A stretch of DNA of 57,516 bases from a virus (Duplodnaviria > Caudoviricetes), in the IMG/VR virus record IMGVR_UViG_3300025061_000001, positions 1 to 57,516 of that record; one strand, written 5' to 3'. Made by a program: the position numbers and the translations under genes. Below the pieces are notes generated by a model. The model ran no database searches and was not told where the DNA came from. It saw nothing but the letters and a program-made list of their open reading frames with translations. This document shows positions 18,812-29,100 of the stretch, one piece after another (the stretch's first letter is position 1; every line of letters starts with the position of its first letter).

Positions 18812-19797
18812 TGTCCAAAGAACTACTTGACAAAATGAAATTCGTTCAAGGTTGTGTGGCACGTAAAGAGCTTGTACCAACATTAACCCATTTTAAAATT
18901 GAAGCTGGCCGTATACAAGGTTTTAACGGTCGCATGGCTTTGTCCGTACCTATAGACTTCGATGTTGACTGCAAACCGAAAGCTGTGCCACTTGTAAACG
19001 CTATTGGCAAATGTAAAGACACAATTCAGCTAGGTATGACAAAAACAGGTCGCTTGTCGGTTAAATCAGGCAAGTTTCGAACATACATTGAATGCGTCGA
19101 CGGGCACAGCGCTCACCTAGAACCTGAAGGTCAATTTGTTGACATTAACGGTGAAGTTATGTTAGCAGCATTACGAGCTGTACAGCCTTTTATCGCCGAC
19201 GACGCTGCACGCCCTTGGTCTAACGGTGTTTACTTTTGTGGTCACAGCGTGTATGCAACAAACAATGTGATCATAGCTGAACATTGGCTAGGTGAACCGT
19301 TCCCTGTCGACGTAATCGTACCACGCGACGCGGTCAAAGAACTGTTACGAATTAAAGACATTCCTACGCGTTTTCAAATGAACGACAACTCATTGACAAT
19401 TCATTATGCTGATGGTAAGTGGCTTCGTACTAACCTTATCGACGATAAATGGCCAGCTAAAGTTACTGAACTATTGTCCGCGCAAGGAAAGCCCGTTACT
19501 ATACCGCCTGAGTTTTTTGAAGGCATAGATGCAATGAAACCTTTTATTGATAAGTTTAACCGTATTGTATTCGAGCCTGGCTTAATGCGAACGCACCAAA
19601 AGGACAGCGGTGAAGGGTCAAGTTATGAAATTGACTGGCTTACCAGCAAAAGCACCTTCTCACTACCTATGCTGCAAAAGCTTGAGGGTATTGCGCACAA
19701 AATAGATTTGACAATGTACCCGAAGCCATGCTTATGGTACGGTGAAAACGTCAGAGGTTTGATTGTTGGTATGCACTGGCTTGAGGGTGAACTATGA
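18811..19797 (+). CDS. DNA sliding clamp (Pol III beta-like)
   Basis: 328 aa; ARPWSNGVYF...VYATN, VIVPRDAVKEL and TNLID resemble DnaN repeats; upstream of polymerase. Confidence 0.7.
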   Translation: MSKELLDKMKFVQGCVARKELVPTLTHFKIEAGRIQGFNGRMALSVPIDFDVDCKPKAVPLVNAIGKCKDTIQLGMTKTGRLSVKSGKFRTYIECVDGHSAHLEPEGQFVDINGEVMLAALRAVQPFIADDAARPWSNGVYFCGHSVYATNNVIIAEHWLGEPFPVDVIVPRDAVKELLRIKDIPTRFQMNDNSLTIHYADGKWLRTNLIDDKWPAKVTELLSAQGKPVTIPPEFFEGIDAMKPFIDKFNRIVFEPGLMRTHQKDSGEGSSYEIDWLTSKSTFSLPMLQKLEGIAHKIDLTMYPKPCLWYGENVRGLIVGMHWLEGEL

Positions 19798-20147
19798 AGC
19801 CTAAGGTGATTTTGGTTTGTGGTAGTCATAAACGGGGCGACAAGGAACACGTTTTTCGCGTTCTTGACTCTATAGTTCAATACCTAGACACTGACTTCGC
19901 AATTGTTCACGGTGGCGCTAACTTTATTGATAATTTCGCCGACCAGTGGGCGAAGCAAAATGGTTACTGTTCAATATGCGTGAACGCTAATTGGAATTTT
20001 TTCGAAAATAAAGCGGGCCCTGTCCGTAACGGTTGGATGTTAAAATTTATTAACATTGATTTGGTCGTTGCGTTTGACGGCGACAACGGGACTAAAGATA
20101 TGATCAAGAAAGCTAAAGCTTCGGGGGTAGCTGTATATGAGAGCTGA
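19794..20147 (+). CDS. SLOG/YspA-like (DUF2493) protein
   Basis: ILVCGS, IVHGGA, AGPVRNGWM, VVAFDG..GTKDMI. Confidence 0.8.
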   Translation: MKPKVILVCGSHKRGDKEHVFRVLDSIVQYLDTDFAIVHGGANFIDNFADQWAKQNGYCSICVNANWNFFENKAGPVRNGWMLKFINIDLVVAFDGDNGTKDMIKKAKASGVAVYES

Positions 20148-22398
20148 TGCGCTTGGCTTATTTTGGCAAGACATGCCAAAAATCAAAAAAGAAAAAGAAG
20201 ATGAAAAGTATTTACCGCCCGAACCGACTTGGCGGCTTAATACGTTTTTACCTTACCTTAAGGAAGCTAGGCTTATGGCGCTGCCCATGCTTAGTGACCA
20301 AGAGCTTATCACAGCAGTTAACAACAAACACCCATTTGTATTCGATATTGAGTGTTATATAAATTATTTCTTAATTGCTTTTAAAGATACCGTTAGCGGC
20401 AAATACATCTACTTTGAACGTATTGGCACTGATTACGGCGACAGCGATTGGAACGACGACCCGCGAAAATTAATGTGGCTTATGCACTGTGGTCTTGTTG
20501 TAGGTTTTAACTCAATAGGGTACGATATGCCAATAGCAATCATGGCTATGGCTGGTAAAAGCATTGAGCAAATGAAAGCAGCTACCAATATGATCATCGG
20601 TGAAGGCTATAAACCTTGGCAAGTATTGCGCAAGCTTAAGCTTAAAAATATAAACAATGACCACATTGATATAATGGAAGTTGCTCCGCTTGCTGGTTCG
20701 CTTAAGATTTACGGTGGTCGCGCTGGTACTGCTAAAATGCAAGACTTACCAATCCACCCCGAAGTAGAGTTGACACCTGATCAAATTAGTGTTACGCGCT
20801 TTTACTGCTTCAATGACTTAGACACTACGCATGACCTTTACAGGGAATTAAAAAAGGACATTAAGCTTCGCGAAGATATGTCGCATGAATATGGTGTCGA
20901 CTTGCGTAGTAAATCGGATGCGCAGATCGCAGAAGCTGTAATTGCGCACGAGCTTGAAAAAATGCTCGGGCACAAACCAAGCAAGCCTGTAATTGAGCCT
21001 GGCACAGCGTATCGCTACCGTATACCGGATTGGATGAACTTTCAAACACCATTAATGAACAGTGTGCTTGACATACTACGTGAAACGATATTTGTGGTCA
21101 GCGAAAAAGGTTCTGTTGGTATGCCTCCGCAGCTAGCAAATCTTAAGATTAATATCAACGAATCAACTTACACGATGGGCATTGGTGGCTTGCACAGTAC
21201 AGAAAAGAAAACAACGCATTTTAGCGACGATCTGTACCAGCTGAGCGACCACGACGTAACGTCATACTACCCGTTCATAATACTGAATAACGATCTGTTT
21301 CCGCAACATTTAGGCTCAGCTTTCTTGCATGTGTTCCGCACCATTGTTGAACGCCGTTTGGCTGCCAAAAGTGCTGCTAAGGAATACGGTGATAAAGCTA
21401 AAGATGAAAGCGACCAGCAAAAGAAAGCAGAGTATGAACGTCTAGCTAAGGACAACAAGCGTACAGCGGACAGCCTTAAAATCGTTATCAACGGGACGTT
21501 TGGTAAATTGGGCTCAAAGTGGTCGTTGTTTTATTCACCCGACCTGTTAATTCAAACTACCATTACAGGTCAGCTTGCTTTGCTTATGATGATTGAAATG
21601 TTTGAGCTTAACGGAATACAGGTTGTAAGTGCGAACACCGACGGTATTGTTATTAAATGTCCTCGTACTAAAACCACCACACGCGACGCAATACTTGACG
21701 CATGGCAAAAGCAAACTAACTTTGAGCTTGAAGCTAGTTATTACCGAGCGCTGTGTAGCAGGGACGTAAACAACTATTTTGCTGTGAAGGAAGGTGGTGG
21801 CGTTAAGGGTAAAGGCGCGTACAGTGATCCGGGCTTACGAAAGAACCCTGCGACCACTGTCTGTACAAAAGCGGTTTCTAAGTTCCTTGAGGACGGTACA
21901 CCAGTTGAACGGTATATACGTGAGTGTAAAAACCTACTTGATTTCCTTACTGTTCGGAATGTGTCAGGCGGAGCGGTTGCGGTGACTTATCATGATCCAG
22001 GCGCTGAAGGTAAAGCTAAGCTTAAAGATATGGAGGTGCAGCTTGAAGCTGCGGGCTGGCGACGATACGAAGGTAATACATGGATCAAGCAAAGCTGGAT
22101 TGACAATAACGAACCTTACGACCGAATGGCTACATCCATGCGTGTCGCTTACGGTCAGGCACGTTGGACACCAGTTCAGCAAGATTACTTGGGCAAGGCA
22201 ATTCGTTGGTATTACGCCAAGCAACCTGAGAACACCCACTACCGAATAGTCTACGCTAAGAACGGTAACAAAGTTCCAAAAAGCGACGGTGCAAGACCGC
22301 TCATGGAACTCGCTGATAGTTTACCTGAAGACCTTGATTATGAGTGGTATACTAACGAAGCTCATTCAATACTTAAAGACATTGGATACCCAATTTAA
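20137..22398 (+). CDS. Family B-type DNA polymerase with 3'-5' exonuclease domain
   Basis: FDIECY, GFNS..YD, YCFND exonuclease motifs; DVTSYYP, KIVINGTFGK, SANTDG polymerase motifs. Confidence 0.88.
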   Translation: MRADALGLFWQDMPKIKKEKEDEKYLPPEPTWRLNTFLPYLKEARLMALPMLSDQELITAVNNKHPFVFDIECYINYFLIAFKDTVSGKYIYFERIGTDYGDSDWNDDPRKLMWLMHCGLVVGFNSIGYDMPIAIMAMAGKSIEQMKAATNMIIGEGYKPWQVLRKLKLKNINNDHIDIMEVAPLAGSLKIYGGRAGTAKMQDLPIHPEVELTPDQISVTRFYCFNDLDTTHDLYRELKKDIKLREDMSHEYGVDLRSKSDAQIAEAVIAHELEKMLGHKPSKPVIEPGTAYRYRIPDWMNFQTPLMNSVLDILRETIFVVSEKGSVGMPPQLANLKININESTYTMGIGGLHSTEKKTTHFSDDLYQLSDHDVTSYYPFIILNNDLFPQHLGSAFLHVFRTIVERRLAAKSAAKEYGDKAKDESDQQKKAEYERLAKDNKRTADSLKIVINGTFGKLGSKWSLFYSPDLLIQTTITGQLALLMMIEMFELNGIQVVSANTDGIVIKCPRTKTTTRDAILDAWQKQTNFELEASYYRALCSRDVNNYFAVKEGGGVKGKGAYSDPGLRKNPATTVCTKAVSKFLEDGTPVERYIRECKNLLDFLTVRNVSGGAVAVTYHDPGAEGKAKLKDMEVQLEAAGWRRYEGNTWIKQSWIDNNEPYDRMATSMRVAYGQARWTPVQQDYLGKAIRWYYAKQPENTHYRIVYAKNGNKVPKSDGARPLMELADSLPEDLDYEWYTNEAHSILKDIGYPI

Positions 22399-22484
22399 AA
22401 TATTTTATAAAAGGTGTTGACACATATCTAAATGTCATTAATAATACCCCTACATTAACAAGACACATCACGTAGGGGTATTTT

Positions 22485-23288
22485 ATGACCACACTAGTAC
22501 AAGTTATCCGCGCTCACGTTGTTCAAGCGAACGAAAACTACGCAAAGCTACGCGCTCGAGTAGCTGAGAAAGCTGCAACCGCTAACAACGGTAAAGAGCC
22601 TACAATTGATTGCTACGGTAGGCTTCACGCACCTTGCGACGGTTACTTCTGGGAAGACACAACTTACCAAGGTGGCGCATATTTACCATTCAGCGAAGAG
22701 TTCTACGAGCAACTTGAGCTAATGACAGGGCGTGTTCGTACTGCTAATTCCCGTAGATTTGCGTATAGTGTGCGTCTTAAATCTACCACTAAGGAAATTG
22801 AAGAACTTAGCGCTTGCATTGGGAACTATGGTGTTGTTGAACGTGGTCGAATTTGGGACGATGGTGAAAGCAGTTACGCCTACATTAAAACCAACCAGAA
22901 GTCGCTTTCTGACCTAATCCACACTTACGAGCAAGAACGGGCCGCTGCACGTGAAGCTGCTAGGGAAGCTGAACTTGCCAAACTTAAAGCGCTTAAGGGT
23001 ACAGCGCCTGAAGGTCGCGTTGCTGTTAAAGGTAAGATTGTTATGATAAAGGACGTACAGGGACAGTCTTTTAGCTATTACGACAGCGGCATTACGACAA
23101 AGATGCTTGTCGAGCTTGGAAATAAGTCGACAGTGTGGGGTACATTACCTTCAAAAATCTATGACGCGGAAAAGGGTGATACCGTTGAATTCACAGCTAC
23201 ATTTGAACACGCTGAAGGCGACCATACTCACGCATTTTTCAAGCGCCCTAGTAAAACAAGCATTTTAGAGCGTGCTGAAACCGCGTAG
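22485..23288 (+). CDS. Hypothetical protein with possible C-terminal OB fold
   Basis: 267 aa; TTGACA at 22417 upstream; beta-rich C-terminus. Confidence 0.7.
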   Translation: MTTLVQVIRAHVVQANENYAKLRARVAEKAATANNGKEPTIDCYGRLHAPCDGYFWEDTTYQGGAYLPFSEEFYEQLELMTGRVRTANSRRFAYSVRLKSTTKEIEELSACIGNYGVVERGRIWDDGESSYAYIKTNQKSLSDLIHTYEQERAAAREAAREAELAKLKALKGTAPEGRVAVKGKIVMIKDVQGQSFSYYDSGITTKMLVELGNKSTVWGTLPSKIYDAEKGDTVEFTATFEHAEGDHTHAFFKRPSKTSILERAETA

Positions 23289-23449
23289 TGCCAATTGTAC
23301 GGTACGCTGTGCGCTTTTTACAGCGTAGCCCGTATAAGTGCTATACTTTAGGTTAAAACGCGCTGCATGTGCTGTTTACACAACCTTTTAAAGTGTAAAA
23401 TTAACCTATATACTTGTATTAAAATTAACCACATTACTTAGGTGAAATT

Positions 23450-23686
23450 ATGGCTCATTGTTACAATCGCAGAAGCGGCGACAAGCATCCTAATAGAGTT
23501 CTTATTATAGCTATGGCTCTCATTATGTGCATGACAGTCTTATTTAGCATGGAAACAGAAAGGGATTTTGAAGCTGAGTTAGCTTATTATTGTGATATGG
23601 TAGATACGTTTAAAGATTCGAAAGGTGAATATGGTTGGCCTGATTACAAGGGTACTTACGAAAGAGATTGCAAAAAGGGGCATTAA
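23450..23686 (+). CDS. Small single-TM membrane protein
   Basis: Hydrophobic segment at residues 17-32; AGGTGA RBS. Confidence 0.65.
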   Translation: MAHCYNRRSGDKHPNRVLIIAMALIMCMTVLFSMETERDFEAELAYYCDMVDTFKDSKGEYGWPDYKGTYERDCKKGH

Positions 23687-23695
23687 GCCCCTTTT
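23672..23695. terminator. Bidirectional terminator where the two genome arms converge
   Basis: AAAAAGGGGC-ATTAA-GCCCCTTTT between convergent genes. Confidence 0.85.
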
Positions 23696-23701
23696 AGCTA
23701 G

Positions 23702-24337
23702 TTACACTTCCCAAATACTTTCCATGTTTTCAACAGCTAATGTGTGCGCTTCCTGCAAGTCCTGAAGCGTAATATCTGTCATTACCCCCGTAGCGGTATC
23801 AGCAAGCGACCAACGAACGTCAGTACGACCTGCACGCTCAGCTGCACTAATAGCGTTAGACATTCTTGTAATACTTTGTTCGTCTGCGTCAAACTTAAAA
23901 CCGTTAGTTGTGGTCACAACGGCTGTATCTAGTTTGTATTGACGTTCGCCTTTAAAGCTCGCGCGTTGCTGTTCCTGTGCAATAGCGTCATGGTCTTCTT
24001 TTTTCATCCACTTAACACTAATTAAGCTTTTCTCGTCCAACTCTAAAAGTTTTTCCCAAATGTCAATCTCTACCGTTTCCATTTTCGGTAGGTCTTCAAA
24101 TACTGGTACGGTTTCAAATTTAGGATCTTTGTCAGTACCCAAGTTTACATCCTGTTCCCCGACTTGTACTTGCTCAGTTCCGCTTTGGACTTGGGCTGTA
24201 CGTTTAAAACCCTCAAAAATGATGCCGTTATGGATTTTTTCACCTTCGGTGTATTGCCATTTGACCACACCTAAAGCAATCTGCTCAAATGTAATTCCTT
24301 CTTCTAAGAAGTCACTTTCATCTATAAATTTTAGCAT
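23702..24337 (-). CDS. Tail fibre assembly/chaperone protein (DUF4376-like C-terminus)
   Basis: FDADEQSITRM...WSLAD motif; directly follows the fibre gene. Confidence 0.65.
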   Translation of the reverse strand: MLKFIDESDFLEEGITFEQIALGVVKWQYTEGEKIHNGIIFEGFKRTAQVQSGTEQVQVGEQDVNLGTDKDPKFETVPVFEDLPKMETVEIDIWEKLLELDEKSLISVKWMKKEDHDAIAQEQQRASFKGERQYKLDTAVVTTTNGFKFDADEQSITRMSNAISAAERAGRTDVRWSLADTATGVMTDITLQDLQEAHTLAVENMESIWEV

Positions 24338-24349
24338 TGCTGTTTCCTA

Positions 24350-25699
24350 TTAGAAGTTAAATGATAAGGTGACGTTGTTCTCTGCTTCAACTCTGTAATT
24401 CCTCCCTGCCACGTATTGCCCTACCGCGACAAGTTTTATTATTCCATTCTTATTGGTACAGTCTGCGCCTACTATTGTAGGAGTGATGCCCGTTGCTATT
24501 GCCGTTCCATTGGTTAGGTCTATAACTTTAAAAGTGCCAGTGACACTTAACCCTGTCGGAGCTGTATAACTTTGAAGTGGGAATTCAACATGAACTTCAC
24601 CCGCATAACGAGCCACTCCTAACCTGCTTTTCCCCTGAGGAATGTTAAACTCATTGAAGTTAGTGTTGCCGCTGTGAAACACCTCTCCTTCATAAATCCA
24701 AGTTGTTTGATTAGACCTACGCAGACGGTGAACACTACCTCCTCCGTTATTGAATGCTAATATTTGGTCGTTAGCCCTACCTAAGTAAAGAAGGGTATAA
24801 AAAGTCCCTGAGGGTAAACCTGTTGGTAAATTAGAGGCGGTTGCGGTTACTGCGCAAAATCCCCCAAAAGTTAAAGGAATTTCATTCCAGTCCTCAAACT
24901 GAGGGGCGTTTCCTCCGATTCCATAATCCAAAGGATTGACAGAGTTTCCGCTATTATAGTCGTACACCCATTGACCAGCATCACTCTCAGAAAAAGTTCT
25001 ATGAGCCTTTTTACCAGTGACATCGACAACAGTTTGAAGTTTTGACCTTATGTCATAGGTTTGTACTTGGCAATAAGCAAAGGAAGAAAATCCTTCAGGT
25101 CTTGTACCTGAAGATGGCATGTTATTAATGAGTCTGTAAAACCCACAAGGTACAGTGACATCATCAAGGTCGTTGCTAGGGTATTCAGTTGCAACTTTAT
25201 CTCCCAAACCAAAGTCACGGACTTTCATTATGTGGTTTTGGTCGGTATCTAAGCGAGAAGTTGTTACATCCATAGCAGCAGCGGTTCCCAACTGACTTTG
25301 TACTACAACATCATTAGGATCTACACCAGCAGAAGCTTTAATACGGCCATTATTATCACGTCGGGGTACGCTGTTGGCGCTTGGTGCAACGCTAACATCA
25401 GAAGCAAGCGCTTCATATGTTTGACGCAATGCGCGTAATTCCTCAACAGCTTCTTTAATAGCTGCTCGGTTAGGTGCTGCAATAGCAGGCTGAGCGCTTA
25501 CGTTACCTTTGTCCCAATCAAAGAACAACTCGATTGTCTGGTTAACGGTATTAACAGTTTTTACTTCTACGTATTGGAAATTGCTAATTTGCAACATCGA
25601 ATTCGTGATTATATTTGCAACGTCGTCGCCTGTATTAACGGTGACAATTTTGCTCCCGTTATTGACAGTTACGCTTGACGCTTTCCAAAATTGTGCCAT
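24350..25699 (-). CDS. Tail fibre / receptor-binding protein
   Basis: LGTAAAMDV...KVRDFGLG and GFYR knob-like motifs; end of tail module. Confidence 0.8.
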   Translation of the reverse strand: MAQFWKASSVTVNNGSKIVTVNTGDDVANIITNSMLQISNFQYVEVKTVNTVNQTIELFFDWDKGNVSAQPAIAAPNRAAIKEAVEELRALRQTYEALASDVSVAPSANSVPRRDNNGRIKASAGVDPNDVVVQSQLGTAAAMDVTTSRLDTDQNHIMKVRDFGLGDKVATEYPSNDLDDVTVPCGFYRLINNMPSSGTRPEGFSSFAYCQVQTYDIRSKLQTVVDVTGKKAHRTFSESDAGQWVYDYNSGNSVNPLDYGIGGNAPQFEDWNEIPLTFGGFCAVTATASNLPTGLPSGTFYTLLYLGRANDQILAFNNGGGSVHRLRRSNQTTWIYEGEVFHSGNTNFNEFNIPQGKSRLGVARYAGEVHVEFPLQSYTAPTGLSVTGTFKVIDLTNGTAIATGITPTIVGADCTNKNGIIKLVAVGQYVAGRNYRVEAENNVTLSFNF

Positions 25700-25783
25700 A
25701 ATTTAGCTCCACGTGTAATGAACACGTTAAGTTTACGACAACACATAAAGGATAGACAAGTTGTTATTTATATGGTAATCCAA

Positions 25784-26119
25784 TTAAAAGTGCTGGTGAT
25801 AGTCACCATACAGACAGTGCATAAGCTCGTGGCCTAAGTTTTTAGCGTAATCATCGTCAAGCTTAAGCTCACCAGACTTTTTAACGTGTAGGTCACAGCG
25901 GTTATCTTGATGTGAATAGACAGCTTGACCGTTTAAACCCTTTGCAGGGTTTGGAACGGCCTTGTTAAGCTTGTATTCATTTTTGTACGTATGCACATAA
26001 AGTTCTAGTTGCTGACCTTCACGGTTAAATTCCTCTGTGACGGACAAGCTGGATTGCATACCCGTACTTTGGCAACCCATAGTTAATAGTGTTGTGACCA
26101 CAATAAACAATTTCTTCAT
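25784..26119 (-). CDS. Lipoprotein with HExxH motif
   Basis: MKKLFIVVTTLLTMG-C lipobox-like signal; LGHELMHC. Confidence 0.7.
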   Translation of the reverse strand: MKKLFIVVTTLLTMGCQSTGMQSSLSVTEEFNREGQQLELYVHTYKNEYKLNKAVPNPAKGLNGQAVYSHQDNRCDLHVKKSGELKLDDDYAKNLGHELMHCLYGDYHQHF

Positions 26120-26121
26120 AA

Positions 26122-29100
26122 TTAACCCAATATATTTTCAAAAGTCTTAAGCGTGATTGATTGATTAGCACCGCTTAGAGGCATTGCGCCTATTGTGGCT
26201 GTATATGTATAACTGGTATTTGCAGTTCCCGTATCAACCAAGTCAGTGCTGAAGTTGTAAAAATCGCGCGTTGTGTACTCCCGTTCCGCCGGTTCGTACT
26301 CGATAACACGCGTAATATTTACCGCTTCAGTTCTGAGTGTAGTTGATCCCCTTTTAATTGTCAACGTCCTTGTGTAAACAGATGTTCCAACTGGGCCTGG
26401 CGCGTTTTGAGCTATTGTCGTACTTGAGCCGCTTGAGAAAACTGTGACTTGAACGTCCTTACCTGCGCTTTTATGGGTCAAGCTTGTGCTAGTTGTACCA
26501 GACGCAACCTTACTTTCAATGAAGCCGCCTTGGAAGAAGCTGTTCTTAATGTAACCAGTACCGTCTTTTTTAATAAAGAACAAAGCGTTTTCAGCTGTTA
26601 CAGACCCTCTTCCTATCCAAACTGAATAAGGACTTGTGCTGGCAGGGCCATATAAAAATACTCGCGCGTTGCTTGAATTTGCCGGGCCAGTTTTAATGTA
26701 ACCGTCACCTGTAAGTTCTATAGTGTCCAACGTGCCGTTAGCTGCGGTTAAGTTACCTTCAAATGTCCCCGTAGCAGCGCGTAGCTCACCTGTAAACGTA
26801 CCACCAGCAGCAAGAAGCGTCCCTTTAAATGTGCCACCGGCGGCTGTTAGGTTGCCTGTAAATGTGCCACTAGCGCCATTAAGGTGGCCATCAAATGTTA
26901 GCTCTTTTAGAGTATTGCTCCATTGTAAGCCCACTTGCCCATTATCCGGATTAATAAAGCGAACCTTGCTAGCCAGGAGGTCGATTGTTGATGTAGCAGA
27001 ACCTCCATTAATACTAATACCAGTAACGCGACCGTTACTATCCACACCCAAGAACGCACGCCCTATCAGTTCATCAAGTTCAGAGTTATATTGTGCGTTA
27101 AGTGTTAACTGTGCGCTTGCGAACTGTTCATTATCTTCAACACGTGAAGTAAGCGAGCTTATTGAGCTAGTGTTACCGTTAGCTTGGTTTTTAGCTTGCT
27201 GAGCGAGCGTGTTAGTTGCACTTAAACCTGTCGTGCTATTATTGACCTTAGCGGTTAACTGGTTAACAGAAGAAGTGTTACCACTTGCTTCGCTCTTAGC
27301 TTGCTGCGCAAGTGTTGCGGTCGCGCTTAGACCTGTATCAGGGTCATTAATTTCACTTTGTATGTTAGTGATTGCCGTGTGGTTATTATTTGAGTTTGTC
27401 TTCGCTTGCTGTGCTATGGTTGCAGTCGCGCTCAAACCCGTTGAAGGATTGTCTACTTTCGCTTGTAATTCGTTTACAGCTGATGTATTACCGCTCGCTT
27501 CATTTTTGGCGCTTTGCGCTAAGCTGTTAGCCGCTGTGACACCTTGTTCAGTATTTGTAACCCTGTTAGTTAAACTATTTAAAGCTGATGTATTACCACT
27601 TGCTTCAGTCTTAGCGCTTTGCGCCAGTTGACTTGCAGCAGTAACGTCCCCGCTTAAACTGCTAACATCGTTTTCAATTGTTGTTATGGAACTACTGTTA
27701 CCATCAGACTGACTCTTGGCTTGCTGAGCTAACGTGAAAGCAGCGCTTAAACCTGTATTCGCATTATCCACTTTGGCTGTAACACTGGACACAGCTTGTG
27801 CGTTATTTTCTGCGTCAAGCTCAACTTTGTCCAGCCTTGTAAGTGAAGCAGCAAGTTCATCTTCAAGCTTGCTAACATCTAAAGCGGTTTGGCTTATTGC
27901 TGCCGTGTTACCTTCAATATCACTTTTGACTTGTATAATCTGCTGGGCATTAGAAACAATGCTTTGCCCGTTACGTATAACAACAGCTTCCAGCTCGGTT
28001 ATGCTTTGCGCCAACGCACCTTGCGGCGACACATCGGTTTTAAGTTGTGAAATAGCGTCAGCAAAGTTAGCATTACGAAGTAACTCTTTAGCTTTTTCGC
28101 TGGTGAAATCAATTTCACCAAACAAGGTACTGAAGTCCGTTTCTTCACGCTCGTCCCACTCCGTAAGCAAATCAAAAGTTCTGCTTGTAACTGTACCTTC
28201 TATTGTGTCTATTTCGCTCTTAACAGCCGTAAACTCAGCTTCGTTATCTTGTTGGTTCTGCGAAACGGTAGACGCTAATGTGGTCACTCTTCCATCTAGT
28301 GCGTTAATTTCAACACCAGCTTGATTCGCTTTGGCCACAGTACCGTTACTGATTATTTCGTTCCGCGTAGCTTCCAAATCTATAATGCTGTCTAGGCCAT
28401 TTACAGTAGTTTCAACATTACTAAATGTTACAGTGTTAGCTTCATAATCAGTAACGTTTACCTTTTGAGTTATAGATGCGCTGTTAGCGTTAATATCTAA
28501 CTCAGCTTTAGTAACACGAGCAGTGATATTTTCAAGCTCTAGTGTTGCTGCGTCGGGTTTACCTATTACAATAGATTTAACTGTGAATGTGTCATCGGTC
28601 GTTTCACCAAGAACTATGCGAACACCTGTTATAGTGCCGTTGTAGCGACTAATACCTCTGAAATCGACAGTTCGGACAATTTCTCCGCCTTGGGGTATGT
28701 CCTCAATAATACCCGCAAAAGTTTCGGTTGTATTATCTGAACGGGTAATAATAGCGTCACCCTTCCAACCTGTACCACCAGTACGCTCTATTGTAATTCT
28801 GAAAGCGTTGTTATCGCTTGCTTCATAATTTAAAGATGTATTTTCAATATCCCCTGTAAGCAAAGATATTTGATTAGGTGTTGCAGTTAGTGTTCCGTTA
28901 ACTGCAACCCAACCCTGAGCGTTATCAAAAAAGTTAAACGAGTAAGCAGGCTCTAGTGCTGCAATGGATTCGGAAACAATGCTTGTCGCTATTGCGTTAA
29001 TTTGTCCAGGCACAAGTGCTAGTTCTGCGCTCAATACTTTAAGTTCGTCATCAAGTAAACCAATGCTTTCAACATTAGCAGTTATACGTGCATTTGCACC

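Noticed and set aside
26723..28324. Long + strand ORFs opposite the tail tip gene (also 32879-33532 and 39344-39967)
   Set aside because: Antisense shadows caused by codon bias; no RBS or recognisable motifs
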